Shown here one piece after another: positions 1 to 8,522 of a stretch of DNA of 64,000 nucleotides; position 1 is the first letter of the stretch, and each line of letters starts with the position of its first letter. Position numbers and translations under genes: made by a program. Source of the DNA: Escherichia phage 4MG; the sequence record NC_022968.1; one strand, 5' to 3'. The notes below the pieces were generated by a model. It did no database searches and was not told the DNA's origin. It saw nothing but the letters and a program-made list of their open reading frames with translations.

Positions 1-213
1 CGAATTCGCGATTCGATAGATTTCGGCAGAGTTGTGGTCTGCGGAAACATACGTTAAGTATCATCACCTATATGATTAAGTTCGAGGCAGTTTAACCTCC
101 AGCCTCGGCAGAGGCAAGATGTTTCCAACTTCGCTAACCAAAAACAGCATTTAAAAACTTTATCAGTTAACAGTGGGAATTACAAGATGTTTTTCATAAT
201 TCCCAAAGTTATT

Positions 214-861
214 TTAGATTGATCCCTCAATCTCTACTTCAGTCTTCGCGTTAGACTCGGACAACACAAAGTCAACGTTGGATTTGAAGTCTTCGATCTC
301 TGTTTCCAGAGCGCGAATTTTGTCTACCAGACCCAGCGGGTCAACGATAGAAGGAGTCCCCATGCTACGAACTGGACCTTCTACAACCGCCAACTGTGCA
401 GCGTCAGGCGCTTTATCACGTTGGATGTATCCGGCGCGAGCTGCTTCAAGCTTCGCTTCGAATTCCTGCGTATCGCGGTTCAGGCGAACCTGAGCGCTGT
501 TATACTGAGACTTCAACTTGCCAAGCAGAAGCTCTTTGAAAACGATAGTACGTTTACGCTCAATTGCCTGAGCAACAGTCATGGACTGGCCTGCGATCTC
601 AACGGTTGTTACCGCGTTAGACTGAACAACTTTCGCCTTCAGGTCGTCGCGAACAGCCAGAAGATCCTGAACACCCTGGAAGTCTGCCTGAGCAGCTTTC
701 TCGAATTCCTCAACGCTCTGGATAGAGCCTGGGATCTGACGGTTTGCGTCAGTGCCTTTCGCGATGTGGATCGTGTTCAGCGCTTCGATACGCTTCTGAA
801 TCTTTTCCTCAACCTTAGTCAGGGTAGCCAGAGCGCGGGTTACAGACATCTTAGTAGTCAT
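214..861 (-). CDS. hypothetical coiled-coil protein (215 aa)
   Basis: Track ORF; GAGGAGA SD upstream of ATG; Ala/Glu/Lys/Gln-rich heptad-like sequence, no catalytic motif seen. Confidence 0.5.
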   Translation of the reverse strand: MTTKMSVTRALATLTKVEEKIQKRIEALNTIHIAKGTDANRQIPGSIQSVEEFEKAAQADFQGVQDLLAVRDDLKAKVVQSNAVTTVEIAGQSMTVAQAIERKRTIVFKELLLGKLKSQYNSAQVRLNRDTQEFEAKLEAARAGYIQRDKAPDAAQLAVVEGPVRSMGTPSIVDPLGLVDKIRALETEIEDFKSNVDFVLSESNAKTEVEIEGSI

Positions 862-936
862 AGAATTCTCCTCTCATGAAATTTAAAATTTAAGTTACTT
901 CAAATATTTGCCGACATCCGTGTCGGCACAGCGGTA

Positions 937-1548
937 TTAGTTTTTGCCAGTGTTGACAACAACGCCTTGGCGGTTTGCATCAGCTTTCGCGATTTCCAGA
1001 CGGGTTTCGCGTTCTGCTTTCAGATCTTCACGGGCAGCTTCAAGCTGTTCGGTCAGCATTGCGATACGATCTTTGTCTGCCTTGGTATTGGCATTCAGTT
1101 CAGCAATTGCAACCTTGTGAGATGCTTCCAGATTCGCCTTAACAGCGTTCAGTTCAGCATATACTTTCTGTTTTGCATCTGCAACAGCGGTGTTGATTGC
1201 ATCTTCGTTGCTGTCCTTAGCAACAGCCAGTTCGTTACGCAGACCATCAACGACACCCGGTTCGATAGCGACGAGGCCACGAGCCTTCAGCAGTGCGTTC
1301 AGAACGCCGTCTTCATTTTCCAGAACCTTGATCTTCAGCTTAGACTTTTCTTCAGCGAATTTCTCATCAAACTGAGCTTCAATCTGACCAAGCTCTTGCT
1401 GTTTAAACTGAATTTCCTGACTGATGCGCTCAGAACCATCTGCCAGAGATTGCAGGTCAGCGACGACCTTACTCAGACCAGAGGCAGCGGTTGCAACAGC
1501 TTTGGTAGCACGTTCAGTTACAGAAATTACAGTTTTAGAATCAGACAT
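937..1548 (-). CDS. hypothetical coiled-coil protein (203 aa)
   Basis: Track ORF; AAGGAGA SD upstream; composition similar to neighbour 214-861. Confidence 0.5.
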   Translation of the reverse strand: MSDSKTVISVTERATKAVATAASGLSKVVADLQSLADGSERISQEIQFKQQELGQIEAQFDEKFAEEKSKLKIKVLENEDGVLNALLKARGLVAIEPGVVDGLRNELAVAKDSNEDAINTAVADAKQKVYAELNAVKANLEASHKVAIAELNANTKADKDRIAMLTEQLEAAREDLKAERETRLEIAKADANRQGVVVNTGKN

Positions 1549-1588
1549 TAAGTTCTCCTTTGCATTAAATTGAGTTTAGATACTACAC

Positions 1589-1726
1589 TTACACGTTTTG
1601 TTTGTCAAGCGAATCTTTAATTATTTCTTCGGTTGTTGGATTGTTTTCAAACCACGACCAATAATACCAGGCAATAATCAAAGAACAAATCACCGACATA
1701 ACAACAAAAATTACACCACCGCTCAT
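1589..1726 (-). CDS. small hydrophobic peptide (45 aa), putative membrane protein
   Basis: Not in track (<60 aa); ATG overlaps stop of 1723-1911 (ATGA coupling); hydrophobic core VIFVVMSVICSLIIAWYYW. Confidence 0.35.
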   Translation of the reverse strand: MSGGVIFVVMSVICSLIIAWYYWSWFENNPTTEEIIKDSLDKQNV

Positions 1727-1911
1727 CGTACAACGTCCTTGATTGAATCACAGACTTCGCCAACAGCATCGGCAGTTGGAGATACGATCATCTCATCAGC
1801 AGCATTGATTGCTTCACCTGCAAGCTCCACAAATGGGGTAGCTACAGCGGCAGTCACTTCAACTGCGGTTCCAACAACATCACCAGCCATGCGTAACAGA
1901 GATCCGAACAT
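1723..1911 (-). CDS. hypothetical small protein (62 aa)
   Basis: Track ORF; AAGGAGA SD about 7 nt upstream of ATG. Confidence 0.4.
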   Translation of the reverse strand: MFGSLLRMAGDVVGTAVEVTAAVATPFVELAGEAINAADEMIVSPTADAVGEVCDSIKDVVR

Positions 1912-1927
1912 TTTGTTCTCCTTTTAA

Positions 1928-2011
1928 TGGTGGACGGAGGTAAGGATTCGAACCTTACGTGATGCGCCCCTAAGCTGGGGGTCCAGGGATTCCTCACCTG
2001 TAATTAAGCAT
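1928..2011 (-). other. tRNA-like element (pseudo-tRNA or unusual tRNA), isotype unresolved
   Basis: Minus-strand T-arm TAAGG-TTCGAAT-CCTTA and 3' terminal ACCA directly downstream of tRNA-Lys; no 5' acceptor strand complementary to the 3' strand found by hand. Confidence 0.3.
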
Positions 2012-2031
2012 TACTCCCAAAGTCCATTGTT

Positions 2032-2107
2032 TGGTGGGGCATGAAGGATTCGAACCTTCGACCTTCGGCTTAAGAGGCCGCTACTCTAACCGCTGAGTTA
2101 ATACCCC
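2032..2107 (-). tRNA. tRNA-Lys (anticodon CUU)
   Basis: Hand-folded 76-nt cloverleaf: acceptor GGGGUAU/AUGCCCC, D-stem ACUC/GAGU, anticodon loop CUCUUAA, T-arm GAAGG-UUCGAAU-CCUUC, encoded CCA. Confidence 0.8.
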
Positions 2108-2220
2108 GAAATTTGGCCAGTGTTTTTCAAGACGTTGCACGGAATCGTCACGGTTGCCGCAGCCCTTTATTTTAAGACGCATCGCCGCAGCCAGCTTCGT
2201 CTATCCCCATGCCGGAGGAA

Positions 2221-2550
2221 TTACTTCTTCTTACCTTTCGGCGCTACGGCTTCAACAACCTTAGCGTCTTTAGCTTTACCAGCGCGTTCACGCTTGGTCT
2301 TGCCAGTGCGAACACGGTGTGAGGCAGAAATCACCTGACCGCCTTCAACGCGGGAAACAGATTCCCATACGAATACAACGTTGCCGTCTTCATCACGACG
2401 CTTCTTGCGAATGGAAACGGTTTTTGTAACACCGCCCAGGCGAACATCGTGTGGTGCAGAGTGAGTCTGCGTTGACTTCGACTCAAACTGGAAAGGCTGT
2501 TTGATTGCGTCGATTGCAGAAACTTTCTTAGTTGCGTTTTTCTTAGCCAT
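2221..2550 (-). CDS. hypothetical basic protein (109 aa)
   Basis: Track ORF; AGGAGA SD upstream; Lys/Arg-rich termini, no motif recognised. Confidence 0.5.
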   Translation of the reverse strand: MAKKNATKKVSAIDAIKQPFQFESKSTQTHSAPHDVRLGGVTKTVSIRKKRRDEDGNVVFVWESVSRVEGGQVISASHRVRTGKTKRERAGKAKDAKVVEAVAPKGKKK

Positions 2551-2619
2551 GTTGTATTTCTCCTCTATTTGCTAATGCCTTGTTGACGTTGGTAATACTA
2601 AACTTTCGTACTTCCTTTG

Positions 2620-2787
2620 TCAATCGTTTTTTAAATCTTTTTTCGGTTCTTTGTGAAGGCCGCGTGAAATGTCGTAACGGTCATACACAGAGTTGCTGTT
2701 GCCTACAGATGTTACCTTTCTGGAATCCCAGTTGAAGAACATTCTGTTTGGTTTGCTCATTCCGAAAAACTCATAAATCTTGTTCAT
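2620..2787 (-). CDS. hypothetical small protein (55 aa)
   Basis: Not in track; GGAGAG SD then ATG immediately downstream of tRNA-Met on the same strand; low-complexity-free sequence. Confidence 0.3.
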   Translation of the reverse strand: MNKIYEFFGMSKPNRMFFNWDSRKVTSVGNSNSVYDRYDISRGLHKEPKKDLKND

Positions 2788-2801
2788 GGTCTCTCCTCGT
2801 T

Positions 2802-2878
2802 TGGTAGTTCTGGCAGGGATTGAACCTGCGACCTCTTCCTTATGAGGGAAGCGCTCTAACCAACTAAGCTACAGAACC
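2802..2878 (-). tRNA. tRNA-Met (anticodon CAU; elongator Met or lysidine-type Ile2 cannot be distinguished)
   Basis: Hand-folded 77-nt cloverleaf: acceptor GGUUCUG/CAGAACU (G1-U72 wobble), D-stem GCUU/GAGC, anticodon stem CUUCC/GGAAG with loop CUCAUAA, T-arm GCAGG-UUCAAUC-CCUGC, encoded CCA. Confidence 0.8.
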
Positions 2879-3083
2879 ATCTCGTCTTGTTGAGGTGAAT
2901 ACTACGCACTATCTTTTCTATTGTCAACGTCTTTTTCATTATTTTCGCAAATAAAACAAAACGTCGCTCTTTTAGGCCCTATGTACTCTTTACCGCACTG
3001 CTTGCAAGCCCTGTGGTGATACATTCCACGAAGGCTTTCATGGGGCCAATCCCTCTCTGAGAAAGCAATACACTGGTCCATCT

Positions 3084-3203
3084 TTAAACGCCCCAGTTTT
3101 CTTCAGAGGAAATACCCTCTCCGAAACCAACGAAAACATCTACGTCTTCAGCTTGGCGAATTCCTTCACCGTAACCAATAAAGCCGTCAAATTCGTCTTT
3201 CAT
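3084..3203 (-). CDS. hypothetical small acidic peptide (39 aa)
   Basis: Not in track; AAGGAG SD 7 nt upstream of ATG; weak support. Confidence 0.25.
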   Translation of the reverse strand: MKDEFDGFIGYGEGIRQAEDVDVFVGFGEGISSEENWGV

Positions 3204-3266
3204 CGTTTTGCTCCTTTTCGTTTTGAACGTGTAATCGCCGCTTCAGCACGGCGCTGTTTGCGGTTT

Positions 3267-3512
3267 TTAGACTGTCCGGAAGATTCGGAGAGCGTACTTG
3301 ATCGTGGAATCACCGTCAACGGGGTAGAAATAGTATAAGCCGCCTTCTTCTCCGAAGGATGCAACATATTTCCAGGTTTCAATGCCGTAGCCAGTCGTAG
3401 TAAAAGCGATATCATCAGCTTCTTCAGTCGCTTCGTCCAGGGTTGGGTGATGTGATTCGTGCTCAAGATACTCTCCATTATCAGATTTGTGTACAAGTTT
3501 AAGTTTAAACAT
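3267..3512 (-). CDS. hypothetical acidic protein (81 aa)
   Basis: Track ORF on the block strand; no motif recognised. Confidence 0.4.
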   Translation of the reverse strand: MFKLKLVHKSDNGEYLEHESHHPTLDEATEEADDIAFTTTGYGIETWKYVASFGEEGGLYYFYPVDGDSTIKYALRIFRTV

Positions 3513-3591
3513 AATGACCTACCGTTAGTTAATTAAGAAATCGAGTTGTTTCGATAACTTAGATCTTATCAGCGGTCACTATTTTTGTCAA

Positions 3592-3837
3592 TCAAACAAT
3601 GCCAGAGTCCTTGACACCCCGCGAATACTCTGCTATAGCCAGCTTTTGCTCTGGCGTTAGCTCTTCTTCATCCTCTTTCGGGTTCTCGATCTCAAGGAAA
3701 TGTTCCTCAAGTCCGTCAAGAACATCTGGTTCCCACGCTTTCTTCTGGTCTGTGTGTACAGAAGCACGATTAAAATCGTTTTTTGCAACGTAATTACGCA
3801 CTGAAATCAGACCCCTTAATCTGTTTTTCGGTTTCAA
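3592..3837 (-). CDS. hypothetical protein (81 aa)
   Basis: Track ORF on the block strand; overlaps end of 3794-4105. Confidence 0.4.
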   Translation of the reverse strand: MKPKNRLRGLISVRNYVAKNDFNRASVHTDQKKAWEPDVLDGLEEHFLEIENPKEDEEELTPEQKLAIAEYSRGVKDSGIV

Positions 3838-4105
3838 CGAGGTCTACATTCCCCGTTTTCGTGTTTACCCAGCGGGTTTCTGTCTTTGTTGCGTGCATTG
3901 TATGTCCACAACCAAAGGAAATGATGCAAACACCTGGGCCGTGGGCTTCAAGATCAGCTTCAAATTCCTGTTTACAGACTTTACACTCCATCATCACTGG
4001 TCCAAACATCTTAGGCTCCTTAATATAATATGGATTTGTTGGTGTGTTATTACACGTAAGGCAATCTCGTACTGGGACTTCATGCCACTTGCATGGATTT
4101 TCCAT
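3794..4105 (-). CDS. hypothetical Cys-rich protein, zinc-ribbon-like (103 aa; true start may be internal Met)
   Basis: Track ORF; CKVCKQ ... CGH cysteine pairs. Confidence 0.4.
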   Translation of the reverse strand: MENPCKWHEVPVRDCLTCNNTPTNPYYIKEPKMFGPVMMECKVCKQEFEADLEAHGPGVCIISFGCGHTMHATKTETRWVNTKTGNVDLVETEKQIKGSDFSA

Positions 4106-4144
4106 AGCCTACCTATCAGAAAAGCCCCCGAAGGGGCTTGTGGA

Positions 4145-5827
4145 TTACAGTTGAGCGGCTGCTCGTTCACGAATCGTTGTCAGGTCTTCATCGACAATCA
4201 GTTTGCCGTTGTAGAACACACGACGCAGTTCGTTATCGTCAGACTGTACATCTTCAAGCTGACAATTGTCAATCAGTTCTAGCTGACCAAACATATTGCG
4301 AACAACCTTCAGGAAACCTTTTGCAGACTTCTTACCGAGGTCAGTCTTAGGTTCTTTGACAACCATGATCTGCTGACCATCAATAACCGCACCAGTTGCC
4401 TTCACAGCCATACCCAGTGAATCGCGGGTTGTGTACTGGGTAGTAAAGGAACCAACACCGTACACGATATTGCTGGATGCAAAGCCTTTATCTTTCAGAC
4501 GTTCAAAGATGTCTTTTGCACGAGCAACAGTGATAGAGTCACCGTAGATCAGGCCAACATGACTATCCAGAACTTTGTAACCCTTGGAGTTAACTTCACC
4601 ACCAAAGATTTCCCACAGACACTGGATTGCACCTTTGACTTCATGGTCTTGCAGATCGGAAGGCTCAAGATCAAGGTAATCCGTATCTTCATCGAATTCG
4701 ATGTTGTAATACTTACCTTTGACTGATACAACTTCACCTTTCTCGCTTTCCCATGCTGCGTCTTTGGCTTCAGACAGCGTTTCGAAATCACCAATATAAC
4801 GATACCCCGCAATGATATGTTCCGGAATGCCTGAATCAGGACGGAACACAACACGACCGTCACGAGCCATGATTTCTTCTTTCAGAATCAGTGCTGCACG
4901 GGTAATAATCGCCCAGAAGTCATAGCTGTCTGCTACGTAGGAAACAAAACCTTTCGGGAAAATTTCCGTGATGTAGCGTTTCAGGAATTCAACTTCAGCC
5001 AGGAAACGCAGTTCATCCAGGGACAAATCAGGATTTTCAGTTTTCAGGCGACCGACGATAAAGCCAATGTTAGTTGTTGCAACACTGTGTTCTGATGCAG
5101 GAATAGAACCAGCAACGAACTTACCTTTCATGTTGTAATAACGGTTCGCATACAGAATCGCAGGAATGGTATCTGTACCCATTGAGTTGATCAGTTGACC
5201 AAACTCACTCTGTGCCGCGTCGTGAGTACCAGATTCACCGCGATAAGCGAAGCAGTGGTTCTGGAACGGAACATGCAGGTTGTTATCACAAGTTTCGGCA
5301 GCGTATGCTTCAGACAGTTTGCGATACTGCCAGAAGGTAGTTGCAGTTGTGATGGTTTTCCATGTCTCTGCGGAGATCACGCTTTCCAGGAAGTTCGGCA
5401 ACCAGTAAAAATCAGGGTGCGTGTTCTGAATGGTGAACAGCGGAACCTGTACCGGGGACAGAGTGCCTTCAGGAATCGAACGGATTTCCAGTGGCAGGTA
5501 ACCAAGGTCATGCAGCTTTTCAAAGCCCCAGGTTTCAACCATGTCCGGGCCGATGCTCAGTTCACAAATTTCTTTGTACTGTGCGATAGCCGCTTTCTTT
5601 TTCATTTTGAAAAAGTTTTCGTTGAACAGGTCGATCAGGAACCATTTGATGAAACCTTGCAAGCCAGCCATCATCACACGCTGATCGTTATCAGCGAAGT
5701 GAATGAAGTGCTTTGCATTGCGTGGTGTCATGTTGTCCTGAACAATTTCAGAACGTCGGTCATACATGGAGATGTGTGAAGGTTTGTAAAAGTCAGCGAA
5801 TACGAGTGGGCTTTCTTTATGCAGCAT
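4145..5827 (-). CDS. nicotinamide phosphoribosyltransferase (NAMPT) family protein; candidate nicotinamide ADP-ribose transferase of an NAD+ reconstitution pathway
   Basis: 560-aa track ORF with AAGGAGA SD; NAMPT motif set FADFYKPSH, PLEIRSIPEGT, FTIQNTHPDFYWLPNF, AYRGESG, ASEHSVATT, VADSYDFW, FRPDSGIP. Confidence 0.88.
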   Translation of the reverse strand: MLHKESPLVFADFYKPSHISMYDRRSEIVQDNMTPRNAKHFIHFADNDQRVMMAGLQGFIKWFLIDLFNENFFKMKKKAAIAQYKEICELSIGPDMVETWGFEKLHDLGYLPLEIRSIPEGTLSPVQVPLFTIQNTHPDFYWLPNFLESVISAETWKTITTATTFWQYRKLSEAYAAETCDNNLHVPFQNHCFAYRGESGTHDAAQSEFGQLINSMGTDTIPAILYANRYYNMKGKFVAGSIPASEHSVATTNIGFIVGRLKTENPDLSLDELRFLAEVEFLKRYITEIFPKGFVSYVADSYDFWAIITRAALILKEEIMARDGRVVFRPDSGIPEHIIAGYRYIGDFETLSEAKDAAWESEKGEVVSVKGKYYNIEFDEDTDYLDLEPSDLQDHEVKGAIQCLWEIFGGEVNSKGYKVLDSHVGLIYGDSITVARAKDIFERLKDKGFASSNIVYGVGSFTTQYTTRDSLGMAVKATGAVIDGQQIMVVKEPKTDLGKKSAKGFLKVVRNMFGQLELIDNCQLEDVQSDDNELRRVFYNGKLIVDEDLTTIRERAAAQL

Positions 5828-5880
5828 GTTTTGTTTCTCCTTTGTGTGTTTTGATGGGGTGATTCTACACCCCGTTTCGT

Positions 5881-6414
5881 TTAGATGTCAAGTGAAAAAT
5901 CTAAAGATTTAGATTCTTCTGTTACAACCGTTGTTTCTTTAACCAGACGACAGCCTTTCACCTTGATTTCTTTGGCTGGTGACCACTTAGTCGCACGGAT
6001 ATAGAATGTGTTTGCACGAATAACCATGAACCGGGCTACATCTTCAGGTGGTTCCTCGTTAATAAAAATCGCAACACTTTCGTATGCAGGCCACTTCATA
6101 GGGTTTTCATCGGTAACATCGGAATGTATACCATTACCGTTGTTAGTGCGACCCGGTGTAGGCCAGATAGTACAAGGTCGATAGCAGGCGTGGTCATCAG
6201 GAACCTGAATAACGTGATTTTCTAACCACGAGCAAATTTTTTCCAGGTCAAAATCATAATGGTCTTCTTTCAGGTCTTCAATATCTGTACGATATTCAGC
6301 CCCAACACCACACTCACCGATTTGCCCGGTAATATGAGCGCACATGTCACGCTCAAAGTTTCCTGCGTATGAGTCAGTATCGACAACAAAAATAAAACGA
6401 GTTGATTCAGTCAT
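5881..6414 (-). CDS. hypothetical protein (177 aa) embedded between the NAMPT-like and Prs-like genes
   Basis: Track ORF; stop/start abuts 6414-7214; no motif recognised (no Nudix box, no P-loop). Confidence 0.5.
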   Translation of the reverse strand: MTESTRFIFVVDTDSYAGNFERDMCAHITGQIGECGVGAEYRTDIEDLKEDHYDFDLEKICSWLENHVIQVPDDHACYRPCTIWPTPGRTNNGNGIHSDVTDENPMKWPAYESVAIFINEEPPEDVARFMVIRANTFYIRATKWSPAKEIKVKGCRLVKETTVVTEESKSLDFSLDI

Positions 6415-7214
6415 TAAAAATTCTCCGTCCAGTCATGGTATGCGTAGATTTCATCAACCCCGCCATCGAGGATGATTTGTTTCCCGAATGAGAAAATGCC
6501 GTGCGTAACGTAAAGGATAACACGTTTTGCACCATTCTCTTTCAGGGCTTTAGCCAGGGCGATGAAGGTACGACCACCATCACAGATATCATCGACGACA
6601 ACGCATTCGCGTCCTTCAACATCACCAAAGATTGCTGTCCCCGTAATTTCGTTTGTTTTCAGGTCACGAACCTTACCAGCTTCAACCAGAGGGAGTCGCA
6701 TACGGTCGGCAACCTTCTGTGCCTTCTTGCGAGCGCCTGCGTCTGGTGCAACAATGGTCACATCTTTCCCGGCAAGTTGATCATGGAATTCTGCAACAAG
6801 AATCTCTTGTCCACGAATCTGAACATTGTCCAGCAGTGCAGCAGAAACATCACTGTGTGGGTCATCAACAATCACTTTGTCGAAGCCAAGCGAGTTGACG
6901 AGGTTTGCAAAAACCTTGATAGATAGTGACTGTCCAGGTTGCATCACGCGATCCTGACGGGCATACGGGATGTATGGCAGGTGCAGGGTAAACTCAGCAT
7001 GGTTATGCAGCCCTTCAAGACGGGAACATGCATCCACCAACATAGCTAATGCCATGACATCGGTGGAGTTTTTGATTTTTGCAGTGATATCGACGAAACC
7101 AATACCGCCTTTTGGGGCATGTTTCAGATCAATCTCAACCTGTTCCTCACCACCCTTGAAGGTGAAGTGGTTAACAGGCACTTCCAGTTTGTTCAAGCGT
7201 AATTCAATACTCAT
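6414..7214 (-). CDS. ribose-phosphate pyrophosphokinase (Prs) family protein; candidate ADP-ribose pyrophosphokinase
   Basis: 266-aa track ORF, AGGAGA SD; Prs motifs PYIPYARQDR and VVDDICDGGRTF, GAKRV; shorter than cellular Prs. Confidence 0.88.
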   Translation of the reverse strand: MSIELRLNKLEVPVNHFTFKGGEEQVEIDLKHAPKGGIGFVDITAKIKNSTDVMALAMLVDACSRLEGLHNHAEFTLHLPYIPYARQDRVMQPGQSLSIKVFANLVNSLGFDKVIVDDPHSDVSAALLDNVQIRGQEILVAEFHDQLAGKDVTIVAPDAGARKKAQKVADRMRLPLVEAGKVRDLKTNEITGTAIFGDVEGRECVVVDDICDGGRTFIALAKALKENGAKRVILYVTHGIFSFGKQIILDGGVDEIYAYHDWTENF

Positions 7215-7215
7215 T

Positions 7216-7533
7216 TTATTTCTCCTCTATCCAATCGTGAATTTCGTAAACCGTTTTGTTGTGGCCCATATTGGTGCGTGTTGTATCCTTTGTCAACCAT
7301 TTTATTTTCTCAAGGTTACCCACACACCGGGCAACAGTCGCCCTCGATAATCCTGTGGCATCAGCGATACTATCAAGTGACTCATGGTAAGTTTTCCGGA
7401 GAGACTTGAAGTAATGATACTGATGACGCATGTAGAGGTACACAATCTTGTCGTTGGACGAGGCGCAGGTCACCGACAGCAACTTCAGTTCGAAGTTACC
7501 GTAGATGTGCTTACCTGACGCGATGTACCCCAT
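7216..7533 (-). CDS. helix-turn-helix DNA-binding protein, putative transcriptional regulator (105 aa)
   Basis: Track ORF, GGAGGAGAG SD; HTH-like segment SIADATGLSRATVARCVGNL; first gene of leftward block next to divergent control region. Confidence 0.5.
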   Translation of the reverse strand: MGYIASGKHIYGNFELKLLSVTCASSNDKIVYLYMRHQYHYFKSLRKTYHESLDSIADATGLSRATVARCVGNLEKIKWLTKDTTRTNMGHNKTVYEIHDWIEEK

Positions 7534-7757
7534 GTCTCTCCTCCATAGCCTATACTCAAATTGACACTAAGCCTAGTCTCAAATTGATAACAGAAATAAA
7601 TACTATATAAAATAAATAAAACAATACTCTTTTAAAAAACAATAAAACATAAGATCTAAAAACAAGATCTTTTAGTATGATCTATATATTCTACTATCAA
7701 AGAGTCGCTGACTCGATGGAACGCAGTATGAATGAACAAAAATGTGCTGTCAAGTGG

Positions 7758-7785
7758 TTGACTTGAGATTTTGTTCATGTAGAAT
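7758..7785 (+). promoter_or_regulatory. sigma70-like promoter TTGACT-N16-TAGAAT for rightward block
   Basis: Hexamers read directly; 26 nt upstream of first + gene; coordinates +/-2. Confidence 0.5.
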
Positions 7786-7811
7786 GCTCGTATTGTTAAA
7801 GGAGATTGTTA

Positions 7812-8135
7812 ATGTTGTCAAGTAAACAAACAAAAGATATTGGTGATATGGTATGTGGAAAACCTCGTCGTAAACCTGAACAGACTGACGAGGAGAAGTC
7901 AAGACTTATGTTAATTCGTGATGTTTTTCATGAAACAATGAAAGAACAAAATGTGTGTGTTGTGTTACCAGATGGTAAGTCCGAGCAGGAAGTGTTCGGA
8001 GATTACCTCACGTCATTGCGTGGTCGATTAAGACGTAGAAATGTGACTGTGGTGTGGTATAAAGACTTGACAGTGGAACACATCGAGAGTAATAATTGTG
8101 TGGTGGATCTCAGTGAGATTCGTATAACGCTCTAG
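7812..8135 (+). CDS. hypothetical protein (107 aa)
   Basis: Track ORF (ATG at 7812 after AAAGGAG SD); no motif. Confidence 0.5.
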   Translation: MLSSKQTKDIGDMVCGKPRRKPEQTDEEKSRLMLIRDVFHETMKEQNVCVVLPDGKSEQEVFGDYLTSLRGRLRRRNVTVVWYKDLTVEHIESNNCVVDLSEIRITL

Positions 8136-8252
8136 GAAGCGTTGTAAGACGTTTTTATTGTGTGGTAGTACACTTGGGTTACCAACACCTGTTTAATTCA
8201 ATACAGGGCCGCTCAGAGGCTCTGAGGGCTATTGTGGAGGGTTAATTTGGAT

Positions 8253-8522
8253 ATGAAAAGCATTAGCAGTGAAAACTCCATCTACAAAGATGCGTATGAC
8301 GCTTTGGTGGGGTTCATGAAAGCTGCTGAGAAGCGGTATGGTGTGAAACTATACCTTGACAGCAAGGTTGACTGGGGTAAGACATGGATGGACTCCAGTG
8401 TGTACATTCATGGTGATCGCCATGTGGTTAATTTGGTGTGCATGAAACTGATTGTGTGGCAACACCAACAGAAGATTCTGGACGGTATTCTGTACGCTTA
8501 CCCGGCATCGGAGATGAAATGA
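8253..8522 (+). CDS. hypothetical protein (89 aa)
   Basis: Track frame, ATG after GGAGGG SD. Confidence 0.45.
   Translation: MKSISSENSIYKDAYDALVGFMKAAEKRYGVKLYLDSKVDWGKTWMDSSVYIHGDRHVVNLVCMKLIVWQHQQKILDGILYAYPASEMK

Noticed and set aside
421-1551. Plus-strand track ORFs 421-879 and 967-1551 overlapping the minus-strand coiled-coil genes
   Set aside because: Antisense shadow ORFs: no SD, Cys/Phe/Leu-rich low-plausibility translations, and they oppose well-supported genes
1928-2011. Calling the tRNA-like element a definite third tRNA
   Set aside because: Only the T-arm and ACCA end are canonical; no acceptor pairing found by hand, so kept as tRNA-like
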